Both the position numbers and the translations under genes were made by a program. DNA of 64,000 nucleotides from Ramazzottius varieornatus. Taxonomy: Eukaryota; Animalia; Tardigrada. The notes under the pieces were generated by a model. The model did not search any database and had not been told where the DNA came from. It was given only the letters and a program-made list of their open reading frames with translations. The stretch's first letter is position 1, and the number at the start of each line of letters is the position of its first letter. Shown here piece by piece: positions 1 through 13,882 of this stretch. The DNA is taken from the NCBI GenBank assembly GCA_001949185.1, contig BDGG01000004.1:2567620-2631619 (forward strand). Direction: 5' to 3'.

Positions 1-221
1 GAGCCTTGTGTTTCAGAATGTGAAGTGGGTAATTTTCTTCGGGAAACCCTTATGCAAAGTACGGTCGCTCCTGGAGGAGAAAATACACAATAGCACCAAA
101 CGCGTGTAATGTATAGGAGAATACAGTAGTTCGAGCAAGTTTTGAGAACATCTTTTGGATTTATCCTGAGCAGTGCCATCTATCATAAAGGTGAACAAGG
201 AACCACACCAATGTTGTTCCT

Positions 222-1455
222 TCAGTATACTTTGGCGAGGATGGCTGGTGCATCCGATGTGCTTCTTCGGTATGCATCATGGCGGATTCTTCCACTTTGC
301 AGCTTCTCTTCATAGATCGCCTTGACCACGACTTGCTGTTTGGAATGGCTATTGTGATGGATCATCATCTCCAAGTTCTCTAGCTGGTCAAAGCTGCCCT
401 TCGGAAAGAAACTCTGCTTGCGGCCTGATCCGACCCGTTCAGTATCAGCACGGGAAGGTCGTTGGCAGTGGGGATACGGACGCCAAAGACTCTCTATCAC
501 AGTGGAGACCAGAAGGATCACAGATGCGCAGACGGATCCAACCTGATAAAAATGATACGACCACACATCAAGAAACGATGACAGATTTGAGCGACTCTAT
601 ATTACCTGGATCCAGAAGCTGCTGCCGTACTGGACGCTACTAGCCACTGTTCGGCGCATGGCCAGTGTGGCAAAGGCCAGGCAAATGCATGCAAATATCA
701 CAATGAAAATGGCACAGACCGCTTTTTGCGAAAGGGTTCGGCTGTTGAGACAGCAGCATGGAGCTTCATTTCGGACTAGTCGAAATAGCTGGACGCTGGC
801 CGTCAGCGTGCAGACGATAATCAAGAACTGGCAAAGTACCCCGCAAATGCCCGAAATGGCGCACCACGCTATGGAACACAAAGTCAGTTGTCAAAGATCC
901 ACATGCATTTTGTTATCAAACTTTCAATGTGTACTGACAGTGAATGTTATTAATTACTTTGATGGCATATAGGAATGCACTAAAATACTAGCGTGCGAGT
1001 ACCTGGTAGCACGAATTTCCCGGCTTGGCCCACAGCACATCCATCGTCGAACTTCTTCTTGAGCAGGGTACGAATGCAAACTGCGAAAAGGCCAAAGTGT
1101 CCCGATTCATACCGTGCTTCTGTGGAGAAAGGCCAAATTCACGATAACATGCCAGATTCGATAGATATCACAGACAAGGATTTTTGTACATACCTTCATC
1201 AAGGATTTCGTATCTTCCCCAATCGTCCCCTGCTAACGCCAGGCCCTGCAATACAGTTGCAACGACGCAGGCTAGTATAGTGAAACACAAGGAGAAGGCA
1301 ATGCCTTTTATCCGGCGATTCACGTCGAAGTTGAGAGTAGCGGATCGCTTCGAGGCTTTGGAATACTGCGACTGTTGTTGCTGTCGGAGAAATCCGGCCG
1401 GTGTTCTGTCCTTAATCAGTTGATATACGAAGTTTTGTCTGCTCGACGCATCCAT
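222..1455 (-). CDS. Claudin/PMP22-superfamily tetraspan membrane protein (4 coding exons)
   Basis: Spliced translation: TM1 (FSLCFTILACVVATVLQGLAL), then DDWGRY, GHFGLFAVC...C (claudin W-GLW-C-C-like loop, exon ~1004-1120), two more hydrophobic helices (~607-870), YGSSFWIQ|VGSVCASVILLV as TM4, stop after LAKVY. GT-AG junctions keep the frame. Confidence 0.7.
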
Positions 1456-3614
1456 CTTTCACACTGGAAACATCGGCTGCAAGGGAAAGTTACACAGGAT
1501 TCTTCTGCCACAAAAGTAGGCAGCGTTGCTGTTCGTCCATGCATCATCAACTTGGAATGATCACGGTAGATCGACGATAGCTCCATCAGCTAAATTCCAC
1601 TCGAGCAAAAGCATTCCCACTTTGTCCAGTTGAATTAGTCAGACAGTAATACCGATCCTTACCGTTAGCCTGCAGATAAAGGTCGCATACTATTGACGGT
1701 TCTAATCACAGAGCCCAGATGAAAATTGGATAATCAATCTTAAGTTCTGGATATTCGATAATTCGACTAACATTTCGCTCGAGGCTTACGCTTGCAGCAC
1801 GTAGTACAGCACGTTCTCCTGCAATGCAGGAACACATCGATCCAGATGCTTGAGATTCAGAACGCAGAATCAAAAACACTTCCGTTGTCCAGGAGAAGTA
1901 TGCATCCGATGGTCCGGGAGGTGGGAGCAAAGGAAGATGGACAGTGGACAGTCTGTACCTGTGTGGACTATGGAATCGAAATGACTGCTCTGGCCAGAAA
2001 AGATTTTTATGATCAACAGGTCGACCCTCCCTGAGCCAGCTGCCAGTTCAAGGGGGACTTCAAGTGCACCCTGGGCATTTCGCCGATTTCGCAGTGCAGA
2101 TGGGGAACTGGGGAGCCCGAGGGCTCTTAGGGTTCGATGGAAAAATCGGGCAAACATGTGGTTCTTCCCAGATTTTTCGTGTTTTCCTATTGGGTAAACT
2201 GAGGTGGCGGCTTAAGATAAAAATTTTTGTGTTGGATGGACCAGCTATCTTCATAATATGCTCACTCTTCCCATTGAATTCGTGGCTGTCCGGAGTCCGG
2301 AAGAATGACCCACCGTTACTCTAGCGCGCTCTCGAGTCGAACCTACAGTACTAGATAACGAACCTTCGTTTAGTCACGGGATTCAGTGATTGTCAGGCCC
2401 CAAGAGTATAGGAGACGCGAGTTTGCTCGATTGCAGAAACTCTTGAGGTTCGCCGGAGATCCCGTTATGGTAATTTACCGTCATTTCCAGTTTCATTAGA
2501 AGCCAAATGTTTGTTTTTGGTAGTTCAGAACTGCGCGGTTCCATTTCCGCGTATGTTAAGGGGGCGTTTGTTTATGCGTGTATTTACGGACTCTTTCCCG
2601 GGGGTCGCTCTTGTTCGGAGTGTTTGGATGAGGTCACTTCCGCTCACATCAAAGGGCGATGGTGCTGGTACGGGGGATGCATCAAAGCAAGGAAGAAGGA
2701 AAAATCAGAGTTAATTGGAAACGACAGTCGACGTCAAAAGTCACTTGCGTTGAGAGTCATTCAAGCGTGCAGGATCAATCTTACTTTGAAATTACTGGAA
2801 AACAAATTGCAAGTCTGTGTTTGGCCAGCTAGCTTTAGGAGAAAGAAAAGAGGAGGATAACCGTACGAGCACATCCGTTCTCCGGGCAGGCATTACGCAA
2901 AATCTGCAAGGCAAAGTGGCCAAGATCCTGTATGAGCATAGGGTTCTCGGTATTGACTGGAGCATGTCAACCGACGTCAAACAACGTCTCTTGCCTACTT
3001 CCTTCTTTGAACGCCCAAATAATGGCATACAGTGCTGGATTTCCTTTTCCTCCTTTTCACACATCTGCTCTTTCTGCAGTTCATGACACTATGGCTAGCT
3101 ATATAGTCAAGCCGGGCATGTACACCCGTCATTAGATTGTTTGAGGTCCCCATTTTTTATTGCCGCTCATTTCGGTCGGATCACACATCAAGGTCCATAT
3201 TCCCCATTGCGACGCAGCACGAAAGGTATTAGCACATCCCAGCATCGTTGCCACATTTGGACTGCCAATAATTTGATGATTAAGGATATTACTTCATAAA
3301 GCGATGTCAAGCGGCGAAAAGATGCAACGTTTTGTGACAAGGCCTGGAACGTGTGGCTTCCTTGTGACAATCAGTATCTGTCACGGCATCTGGACAGGAC
3401 TGCACTTTTTAATTTGCCTTGTACAAAATTCACTCGCCCTATTCCCGTCATTATAGTCTCCTTAGATTTGTTCGATACATATACGCAATCCTAAGTTGCG
3501 GTAATGGACGTCAAACGAGTTCGGGCCTAATTTTAACCTACTTGTTCCTTTGCAGGTTTCTACTAACCGTCTTCCACCGTGTACTCGGCCCATCCTCGTA
3601 TCTCTTCGCACAAT

Positions 3615-5461
3615 ATGGATAAGAAGGTTGTCTCTTCCCTGTTCTTATTCCTCGTTATTGGATTCATCTCCGCCGCTCCATACATGGAAGCGCTGACGGA
3701 CCCTAATAGTAAGCACTACCACAAGATGAACATATCGGAGATTTACGCATGGTGGACTTTTCAGGTCGAACTTTTTGCCTTCCGTTCATTCGAATCTTCT
3801 GATTTCAAGCTAGTGTAGGATTTAGGTCTGTGTCTATCAACCCTAATTAAAATTAAGGTTCGGATGAACGGAAGGCAAAAAGTTCGACCTGACAAGTCCA
3901 CCACGCCTGACAATTCCGCTATGATCTCCTCGTATCTGCAGAACAATGTCTCTTGAACAAACTTCTAGTAGTTGTTCAAAAAGTACAATTTTCAAGAAGG
4001 TCACCCTATAGAAGGCTCGGCGAAGCTAAAATAAGCCGTTTTAGCCGTTCTTAGCCGTGGCTAAAAATGTTTTAGCCGCTCAGATACTTTTAGCCACGGC
4101 TAAAATGTATTGTGCGTTTGAATGATTTATTGATGTTGAGTCGGCTAAAATAGTTTTGGCATCGATAAATCAGTCGAACGCACAATACATTCTAGCCGTG
4201 GCTAAACGTATTTTAGCTGCTTTAGCCGCGGCTAGAATATTTTTAGCCACGGCTAAGAACGGCTTATTTTAGCTTCGCCGAGTCTTCTATAGGTCCCCCT
4301 GGTTTGAAATGTATTTTTCCTATTCTGTGCATGCAAGCCATTGCAAGGACCCCCCATTCAATGACGCAGTGCATGCAGCTGGTCTTTCAACTTAAGAAGG
4401 AAGTTATCCGCATCATGGGTCCCTAGGGGCAGCTTCTTGCCGAGAAGAACGAGGTCGTCCTCCGAGAAAATCTAAATGTCAGGCTCCCTGGGACCATACA
4501 GTCACGAAACGTAATGACGTTTGCTGGCGAGTACGGTCTTCGAAAGTCAGTTAACTGAAATTGCTCAGTCTTGGGAGAAATTTCTCAACAAATGTATTGT
4601 TATATATACTGTAAGCGGATCCGGAAGGAAGGTCGGCTGTCACTCGGGCTATGCCAACCGTTCACCGAGAGCCATTGTGTTCTTCCGTTTCTGGATATAT
4701 GACAAGAAAGTCCGGATGCAGACAAAGTGGAGGGTGTGGTCTTTCAGCGCTCGTTGTTTTTTTTCAGTTTATATAGCTGTTTGGTTTTCCCTAAGAGGAA
4801 AAAGAGAACCAGCAGAAAACTGACGTGAACTTTTCCGTCTGGAAACAAACAATTTGTGTAACTTAGGTCATCGAGCATCTCAACAAGGTTTAATGGAGTT
4901 TAAATTTTTCTTTCAGCGGATGTCGATGCCTACATTCCTCAGGTGGAAGTTTACGACGATATGGGTGCAGCGGACAGATACATGACATTTCCACAAATAA
5001 ACAAGTGAGTTACTCACGTCGTCATGTGTAAATTAGTACTTCGTTAATGTTAAGTCTTTAAATGGTTGACCCCTTCTTCAGACGGAACTGCAAACGAAGG
5101 GGAGCCAGATGCCAGTATTACGGAGAGGTGAGTCCAGTCACTGTTTTTTTACGCCATTCTTGCAGCGTATTTCATCATATCGTTCCCTTTTTTAGAGTGA
5201 ATGCTGTAATGGGGCTTGCAAATGCAACATCTGGGGACAAAACTGCGTAAGTTTGAATTAGATCACAAGCTACTCACCAAACACAGTAGTCGACAATCCC
5301 TTGAGGGATCATCTTTTACATGCACCAGGATGGCTTTAAGGTCGATTTTACGGACACAACGGATCACACTCGGTTTTTCCGCTGGCATTCCTACGCGTAC
5401 ATCCCTTTCTTGTTCCTTGCAGAAATGCTTGCGGCCTGGGCTATTCGCAACCTGGGGTTGA
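3615..5461 (+). CDS. Agatoxin-like peptide (ALP) neuropeptide precursor, ICK/knottin
   Basis: Exons 3615-3708, 4917-5004, 5082-5127, 5196-5246, 5423-5461. Signal peptide MDKKVVSSLFLFLVIGFISA, acidic propeptide, KR cleavage site, then NCKRRGARCQYYGESECCNGACKCNIWGQNCKCLRPGLFATWG* (8 Cys; CxCNxWGxNCxC..GLF..WG ALP signature; terminal Gly for amidation). Confidence 0.9.
4005..4293. mobile_element. Foldback/MITE-like palindromic element in ALP intron 1
   Basis: Ends CCTATAGAAGGCTCGGCGAAGCTAAAATAAGCCGT and ACGGCTTATTTTAGCTTCGCCGAGTCTTCTATAGG are near-perfect inverted repeats. Almost the whole element is self-complementary, with repeated TTAGCCRYGGCTAA subunits. No ORF. Confidence 0.8.
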
Positions 5462-7248
5462 TTAAAAGTTCCGAACAACGCCCATTGACAAAAGGATCAG
5501 GTGACAATACGAGGTAAAGGACATAATTCTGCCGTACCTGTTTTTGGGACGTAATTATGACGGATTATATTTCTGAGCTCTCTGCACCACCTCGCTTGGG
5601 TTTCCGTTGCGGAGGTAGACAAACTTATCTCTCAAAGATTTGGATATGTTTTAGGGTGAGATGAAGTTTAGGATCGAAGGAACTGCTTTTGGTAGGAAGA
5701 GGGTCTGTCTAATGTTAATAAGCCCAAATTTGTATCAACAGGCATACGATGAAAATCAATCAAGCGTTGACGATAATGTACAAACGTCTCACGCCGTCAG
5801 AATTATGTCCCAAAATGGGTGCGGCAGAATCATGTTCTATACCTTGTAATACTCGATCAGAATCGAATGGTCAGATTGGAATCAAGGCGGCAAAGACACA
5901 ACACAACAAGAAGTACTGCAGGAGTGTTTTTGTAGTTCTATGCAAGATAAAAAGCGTGAAAAGGTCAAGTACCCGAATAATACTGGTTCGTTCCTGGAGT
6001 ATCTTAATTACTGAGCCCTGAATTATTTTATGGTGTAGCTTCTGAATTGGAATGACGTGCCCTTGGCCGTACCAGGCCTTTATGGCCAGCTTGGTAGTAT
6101 CTCGTGGTTATCCACCCAGTATAATGGTGCACAGCAGACGAGACTCACTTTTCATGTCATCTGATGGAGTACTGGTATTCTTACAGACTTCCCCAAGAGG
6201 CTCGTGGAATAGCAGCAACAGCAGCAGGATCATGATAGCAGCATTAGCGGGCAGTGTTTCAAAGGTCACTCATCCATCTGTTCAACCATACTCTTCCAGT
6301 CTACGACGGGTTTTGTACGAAAATTGCTTCAGCTTTTTTTCAGTTGTGTACAACAAGACAAGAGGTATTTGGAAATATTCCTCGCAAGATGGTTTGTAAC
6401 TGTAGTTTTCTTTTTCGCCGCCGGCACGTCGAGAGTTACCGTCATCAAGATCCCAGAAACGTCACTCGGAAAAGCTCGTAGCGGTTAGATTAAGAACGTG
6501 GAATAGTTAGAGCGACTACATGTCAACAGTAGCGCTTGGTTCGCTAGAAACATTGGTCTGGTGCCACGATTGGCCTACGAAGACTCTTTGGATCCGCCGA
6601 CCACTTTTGTGCATTGGGACACAAACAGAGTTAACGAGGTAGGCAGCACATGACCCTGACGCATTTCGTATTGGATGATAGGGGAGAAACTTCCATGAGG
6701 TTATTCCGGGGCAATGGCTCTCCGTTCGATTGAATAGCGGGAAGATCACATGGAAATGATGGAAGTGCCACGCCTGTGTCGAGAGGTGTGGCCGACACAC
6801 ACCCTAGTCGTGACAGCGACCGGAGCTGCAGAAACTGAAACAGGAAATTACGTAACTTTGCTCGGGCAATGGGACTTGCCCTGTTCTGAACACGTTGAGG
6901 AAGTCAAGGAACAGGCCCGAGTTAAGCCAAACCGATATGCCGTGCACGGGATCAGGAAAGCCACCTAGGTTTTTACGCGGGAAAGTGCGAGCTGGTGCGC
7001 GAGCTACGGAACATTAATCTTAATTGGCCCGCCAATCCACCATTCTGCGGCGCGACGAAAGGATAATCCATCATTCAGATGGAAATGCTACGGTACACCG
7101 GAGAATAATGGCGTGGCTATCGCCGAAGTGAGTGCTCATGCATTATTGATGCTTACAATCCCGCAAATATCAAAACATTGTAAAAGGACGTCTATCTGAA
7201 GGATGAAACATTAAGACTACATAAGATACAGACTGGATACTCTGAAGA

Positions 7249-10200
7249 TTACTTTTGCATCGGTATGTCAGTTAGACTACTTCGCGAACCTAGAAACGGG
7301 TCTGCTTGAGCAAAAGGAGTCAGCGTAGCCGCCAGCTCTCGATCAAGGCTGACATGGACCTCAGTTGCTTCTTCGGGAACGCTGTCTTTGGCCAGATGGA
7401 GTTCGATGTGCACCAGGTCGATAATGGGCTGCGGGAAGTGTGACGGACGGCGAGAAGATGGCGCTGTGGACTGCCGGCGATAGGCAGGCAGTCCGCCGGT
7501 TCGCTGGGTGGAGTACATATGGATGCTGGCGCCATACCCCATCTCCCGCTTCCTCCCACAAGTCATAATAGTGTCCATGAATGCTTCGCGGAAGCGCCGG
7601 CTCATGACGTTGTAGATAATCACATTAATCACGCTGTTGAAGTAGTAACAACATCCTGCAATGCAACAAACGCGCACGTCATGGCAAATTAGACCATTGT
7701 TATGCAAGAAACTTTACACCGAACATGACCCTACAGAGTAAGGAGAAACCACTGTCGCGTCATAAGAAACATGGAACCAGTAGCACAAGCGCCGAAAAGA
7801 GCAAGTACGAAGTACGGTTGGACCTCTCGAATTCTCGACAGGGTGGACTTACCTGCTATTGGATACAGGTAACTGTTCCACAAGAAGAATCCTTGATGGG
7901 AGTGGAACCAGTGTGGAGCTTTGGTGAATATCGCCCACAGCGCCCTCTGGAAATGGAACGGAGCCCAGCATACGAAGAATGCAATGCATACCCACGCTGC
8001 AGACAAACGTAAAACCAATCAGAAAAAAACTGTAGGACTACCTATTCGAACGATAGGAGATACAAACCTGTTTACCAATTGGGACCCTGGCAAACAACAT
8101 CGTTTCAGCAAGTGGCGCACGCTTTGGGCAAATAACAGTAAGCTGTGCGCCACTTGGAAAAAAACTTGTTCGCCAAGTACCAACTGCAGCAGTTCGAAAG
8201 AAACGTACAGAGCATCCGAATGATGGAACGTCGGGACTGCATGCCGCCGCGCGAATGTTCGCTGGTCGAGGAACCCATCCGCATATCTTCTAAACGATAA
8301 CGTCGCTCTGACTTTTTCAGTGTCCGTCCAATTCGCCAGTAAGCGAAACCCAGCAGGAACATGGGGATTACGAAAAAGACGGAGGTGGAAGCAACAATCA
8401 GGTTGAACATTCGTTCATCATGCTGCGCCGGCCCACACCACGCAGATTCCATCAGGTCTTCGCCGGTCACCGGATGTTGCAGATAGTTGATTTGTAGGAC
8501 AAGGCCGTAGGGCGTGGCTGCCAGAAAAGCTACGGACCAAATCAGGAAGACTACACAGAAGGCACGGTTCCTGGCTGCAGACCCGCTATGGGAAGGAGCT
8601 CGAAAAGGATGACAAACTACCAAGAACCCAATTTTACGAGATGGTCAAGTACTGCAACGAAATACGAGGAGTACTTGAGATAATGTACTAACTTACTCGC
8701 AAGGTACCGTTCCACAGTAAAGGCACTGATAGTCAAAATGGAGGCGTTGGCTAGAACAAACGTCCAACCAAATACGTCAATGACAAGCGGAAGCTGACAA
8801 GCTTGAGAAGAACCCGGAAATTTGGGAAGACTCACTTGTTGCTTCTGAAATGAGAGCGCGTCCTCCGCAGACCCAGCGTGGTAGGTTGTACTATGACGCA
8901 AAAGAAGAAAATCGCGTTCACATTGCATTCGTAAATGGTGAAGGTTAATTGGATATTGTTTGAAAACTTTACGAACCGGATATGGTATCCAGAATCCATG
9001 AATTTCGAAAGGAAGACCTGAAAAACAAATTCTATACAGCGGTCGGATATTCAGCCATGATTCATGAATCACGACTTTGCACATTATCGTGATTTGTGCT
9101 GTTGATTAGATTATCCAACAATTTTCCATGTCCCCTCTTAAAATTTCTTCGTGATTGCAGACCCACAGTCAAAACCTCTCTTTACTCTCTGGAAGCACAG
9201 GAACCTCCTGGAGAGTGTAAATTGATTGCCTATGTTCAAAATAGGTCAGCGGTCCAAAGTGACTTCATACTTCAGAGTTTGTCCCCTAATACATAATAAA
9301 GTGCTCTTCTTGGAAGCTGTCATAATGATAGTTTACAGGCGCGTCGTTTGACAGGCCGGAAACAATTAGCAGTTACGCCATTTGCCTCAATTGATGTGCC
9401 GATGGAATTCTCACGCTAATCACTCCAAATTACAGCTTCATCCATATCACACTGGTGATCTTTAGCCAAGGAGCCATCACTAGCTTTCCCCAGACTATCA
9501 GGATAAAACCTTATATGGTTCATACATCGGAATGCTGGATGTACAGATGTCGCTTATATCGTGGTCAATCGGAACATCGATTGACTGTTGACAGAGCAGG
9601 GATTTCGTAACCCATGAGGGGTTCTCGACTCGCTCGATTTCTGAGATGCCGACTTATACGTCGGAAGAAAGGTTTGAATATATACGGTTAGTGCTTTTGA
9701 ACATTACGCGCCCAGTCCACGCTATGTCAGCCATATTTGTCCTCAATGCATCTTGTCAGTTTCCAGCAAAACACTTCAGCAGCTAAATCGATGGAAATTT
9801 TTGACTGAATCGCTATAGAGGAAGCAAGTTATCTAAACAAATATCGACTCTTTAGGACTACTTAAGCAATCCCGGTATCACAAAAACGTTTTCTTGTCCA
9901 GGGTCTCACAGTTCCCAGTGTAGAGCGGATGGCGCACAACAAGGGAAAACACTTCCGGGTTCCCCGATAACAACCGCTTCCTGCCTTCCTTCGAATACAC
10001 ACAGCACTACTGTCCCCACCGTGAACTTTAGAGCCGTCTGGACCTTAATGATTATTACTTCTAGGGAAAGACCTGCGTAGGCTTGGGAAAGGATACCTTG
10101 ATTCGCTTCAGAAACAGTTACAGTGCTACAGTGAACATCTTTGTTATAAAAGAACACAAGGACGACTCTCAACTAAATTAGGTTTTACGTGCTGTGGATG

Positions 10201-10498
10201 GGCACAACTGCCAGTTTAACTTACCAAGGCAAAGCATGAGAAGATCGGAAACAGCCAAGGAGAAGAGGTAAAAGTTGGTGGTAGTGTGCATATGCTCGTT
10301 CTTCGTTATGACCCAACAGGTCAATATGTTACCGGCTGTACCCAGCAGCAAGATCACCAGGTAGATTACGGTAGTCCCCACCACCAGTTCCGTCTGGAGT
10401 TGCTGGGGACCCAGGTTCTCCCGGATGAAGTCGGTGATGTTGATTACTTCCGCGGCATCATGCGAAGTGTTCTCCATCTCTCCCCAGAAAATATCCAT
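7249..10498 (-). CDS. Class A neuropeptide GPCR, neuromedin-U/PRXamide family (CAPA/pyrokinin receptor-like)
   Basis: Spliced: LGPQQL..GN..C.VI..MHTTTNFYLFSLAVSDLL, GLPFE..FW.PYP, NASILTISAFTVERYLAICHPF, FFVIPM..Y..IG, AFFVCWAPFHFQR, IYNVMSRRFREAF. Seven hydrophobic segments across about 7 exons. Confidence 0.9.
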
Positions 10499-11348
10499 AG
10501 TCTCCCAAAGCTAATCCTGGGAAGTGATTAAAGTCTGACAAGGCGGCTCATTATTCAAGCGCAAACGGACTAGCCAGTTGATTGTAAAGACCTCATGTGT
10601 TTCCCATAGAGAATACCCTCATTGCCAAGATCTGCGTCAACCAACAAATCCCGGCTGGCTATGGAGAAAGACAGCAAACCGAGGAGAGACAAGCTTTCCA
10701 GCGTACAAACATATCCCTTTCTGTAATTGGTGCCGTCAAAGCTGCCATCGACCAGCGGACCAACATGACGATTCCTAAGATTCAACCGTCTACACACACA
10801 GTAGCACAGTGTGGAGTGTGCCCATGCCAGGCTCAAGTTTACTTTAGGCAAATGTTTATAGAGCCCGTGAGATATTCGGCCCAAAATATATCAAGCCCAC
10901 ATGTTCTTTCTCACTTCAAAACTTCTCCTGCTTTCGATGCCATCCAAAATACAGATGCTTGCCACTTATTTTCCATATTCATACTGTACCACGAAACCCT
11001 CACCACGCAATATCAAGCCGGAAATCTATTTCGAAAACCTAAACTGTTTTTTTCATTTGGTGCTATGCATTTAGCGTAAGCGGTATTAATTGAGAATCGG
11101 CGAGAGTGACAAGATGACTTTCGGGTTTAAGCGTTTTGAGCTTTACTTACAGCTTTGGGAGATCTCTTCCCGTCAAGCTCTCCCTTTTGATAAGACTTTT
11201 GACAGAGAGCGATCGTTATTCTTCGTTAAACATGTCTTTGGAGTTAGTAGGTCGGAACTAAGTTGATTAGGAATGGCCACCCAACTTCCGTTGAGTACGC
11301 GCGAGCATTGCCAAAGTGACTATGAGCGAATCAATCTGACCTGTGCTG

Positions 11349-13231
11349 TCAAACATTCTTTAGTCTCTGCGTTATCCGACTGCGTAGCTGTGACATTTGC
11401 TTCCATATATCGTTCTTCGTTTCTTCTTCCACTTTTATCTGGAGACGAAACAACGAAATTAGAACGTCTGGTATGGTGGAAGAGTTTCCTATACCTTGTG
11501 AAAATCAAGGTAGCTTCCGAACCAGGAAGCTCGTGTGTAGATTTTCTGATGGTAATCCAGCGACTCTGGCTGCTGGTGAGTTAGCCAAACCTGAAGGAAA
11601 CGTTTTCAAAGTATAATCGCGTAGATCCTTATGGGTCTTCAAATGAATAAGTCACCAAAAGCGGATGACCTTACCAGTCCGGACGTCGCGGCATCCAAAG
11701 TTAACGTCAGATTCCGAATAAATACTCTCAGCTTCAAAATACGAGAACGTTGTTATTCAACGAGCAAACATCCGGTAGATAGTGTCGCACGAATTAAGAG
11801 ACCTACCAAAAAGAAGAGCGGCATCATCAGATACCACACCCACGCCGGTAGCAAGGCACCAGTCATCGAGGACCACACCACTCCGGGACAGACCTTTAAG
11901 AAAAACATTATCTTGAAGACGAGTTGCGAGCGACCAACAAGTAAAGCTCAGGAGACCGTTTTGTTACCACAGAAGAATATATTCCTTTGGAATTCCAGTT
12001 TTCGTTGAGGGAAATGCTAAGCGCGTCCATACAGTATTTTGACGAGGCGTATGATTGCTTTCTGGATCGAAACAACGGTGATAAGTTCGGACAGTTCGAA
12101 GTAATCAAACTGACGTGGCGGAAATATCCGTGATACCGTACCCATTGAGACACATCACATCGCTTTTGTCGAAGCAATTCAGAGAATTAGCGGAGCTACT
12201 GGATGTCCATATGAGATGGGTATAGTCGCCTGCTGCGGTTCTCCCTAGAATGTCTTGTAGCTCCGAGACCAGCACGAAGTGCCTGTTAAAATTCAACGGT
12301 TTAGTCCGGCCGCATGATTCTCCGTTGGAAGTACATTTTCCATGGAAGAGAATAACAATATACCCGAAAACGTTGGTCGCAAATGTGAGGGATAATCCAT
12401 CGCGAGTCTGTGGAAAGCAAATTGTCAGAATAACGGAGCCATATCTTATTAACAGAAGGCCGTGTCCATCAGGTAATACATTAGTTTGTGCACGCAGAAA
12501 TATATACCTTTTTCTCGGGTAGTGCCTCCAACATACCATCCCCCGTCAGGAACATGTGGATGATCTTCCTGAAAGAAACTGAGATTGACGCAGAACATGG
12601 AATCCTACTGGAGAGCCATCTAGCGATCTGACACCCACCCGTTAAAAAGACCCTTTACCACGTTCATCCAGTTGATCCGTGTTTCTGGCATCATCCCTGC
12701 ATTCAGAAAGATGAAGTCCAAACGATTGAATCTGGAAACAGAATGGCTCAAGGTTCAAGTCATATTCATTACTCGCGAGGACCCGAAATGGAATGAATAC
12801 ACTTTACCAAGTACTGTGGTCATGGGGTTCGATTGAACTTCGTGAAGGACGGTGACTATCTTGCCCCAACCCAAACCACGTTCCAATCTTGAAGCCGTGA
12901 AGCGTAGAGCTTACCTATTTCTGATTTCCCGAACCGCGTTCAGAACTGATTTTGAGTCGCTGACATCCAGAACCAGCATAGAGAGATTCGAGTTTGGGTA
13001 CTTCAGCTTCAGGACCGACAGCACGGATTTCAGCTTTTCTTCGTTGCGTCCGCTCAAACAGATATGCAGATGCCGATGCTCCTTTACCAATTTTTCCGCC
13101 AGACCTAGACCGATTCCACTAAAAATGATCGCGGTTTTGTTATCATCACTGGCGTACTCCATAAATTTGCAACACGTATTATGGTACCTGGTACATCCGG
13201 TGATCAGTGCAACTTTACCAGCGGAGTCCAT
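11349..13231 (-). CDS. HSD17B7: 3-keto-steroid reductase / 17-beta-HSD7 (SDR family)
   Basis: KVALITGCT|SGIGL (TGxxxGIG), FLNAGMMP, FATNVFG|HF, LIWTSSS, YASSK catalytic motif, TCPG..S.MT, HQQPESLD C-terminal motif. Confidence 0.88.
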
Positions 13232-13882
13232 TCTTCCTGACAGCTCTTGCAGTCCCTGCTAGAGTTGTGGGAAAGGGATGAAACGAAGCCGTAGGTGGTG
13301 TACTGTCCGAAGTGAGCCTTTACACCTATTAAGTTGCAGAAAGCCAGAGATGAAGCTGTAGTCCTTCGACCAGGAGCTCGAAAGCCAGCAAGTGGGTGAT
13401 AAAAGAAGGATCTGAGTTTGGACTTCAGAGTTTAGAGATCAGCTGAGGCTGACATGTCATACGTACAGAACGAAAACATCATTACGTTTACTAACATTAC
13501 AGGTGGCTGCATCACGCACAGCGTACACAAACACTTTTAACTTTTCGTTCCTGATCATTTTGTTAGCTTGTCCGGAGTCCGAATCCGGAGTTGAATACTT
13601 TATGTGGTCTGTATCCTTGAACCACCTATGCTAAAGTGTGGAAACCTTGGTCCGCTCGGCGATATTTTGGTTTCATGTACGGGCATTGCTGCCATCGGAT
13701 CGCCTTGGGAGAGACAGGTAACAACGCATAATAATCTCGTTCCCTTGCTATTCGGATCGGATCCATCGAGCTCCTCGCAGAGCTAACCTGATATCTCTGA
13801 AATCTGCATTGCTCTGAATATCAGCAGGACGCACTGCACTAACAGAAATACTGGACCGAGGGTCCGACCAGATATTGTGGTA

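Noticed and set aside
6149-6233. Minus-strand MILLLLLLFHEPLG... exon with a GTGAGT donor (possible small secreted peptide)
   Set aside because: The Leu run arises from a CTG/TTG microsatellite-like tract, and downstream acceptors give only short, uninformative frames.
10597-11079. 160-aa plus-strand ORF
   Set aside because: Antisense to the probable GPCR 5' region; no motif or splice support.
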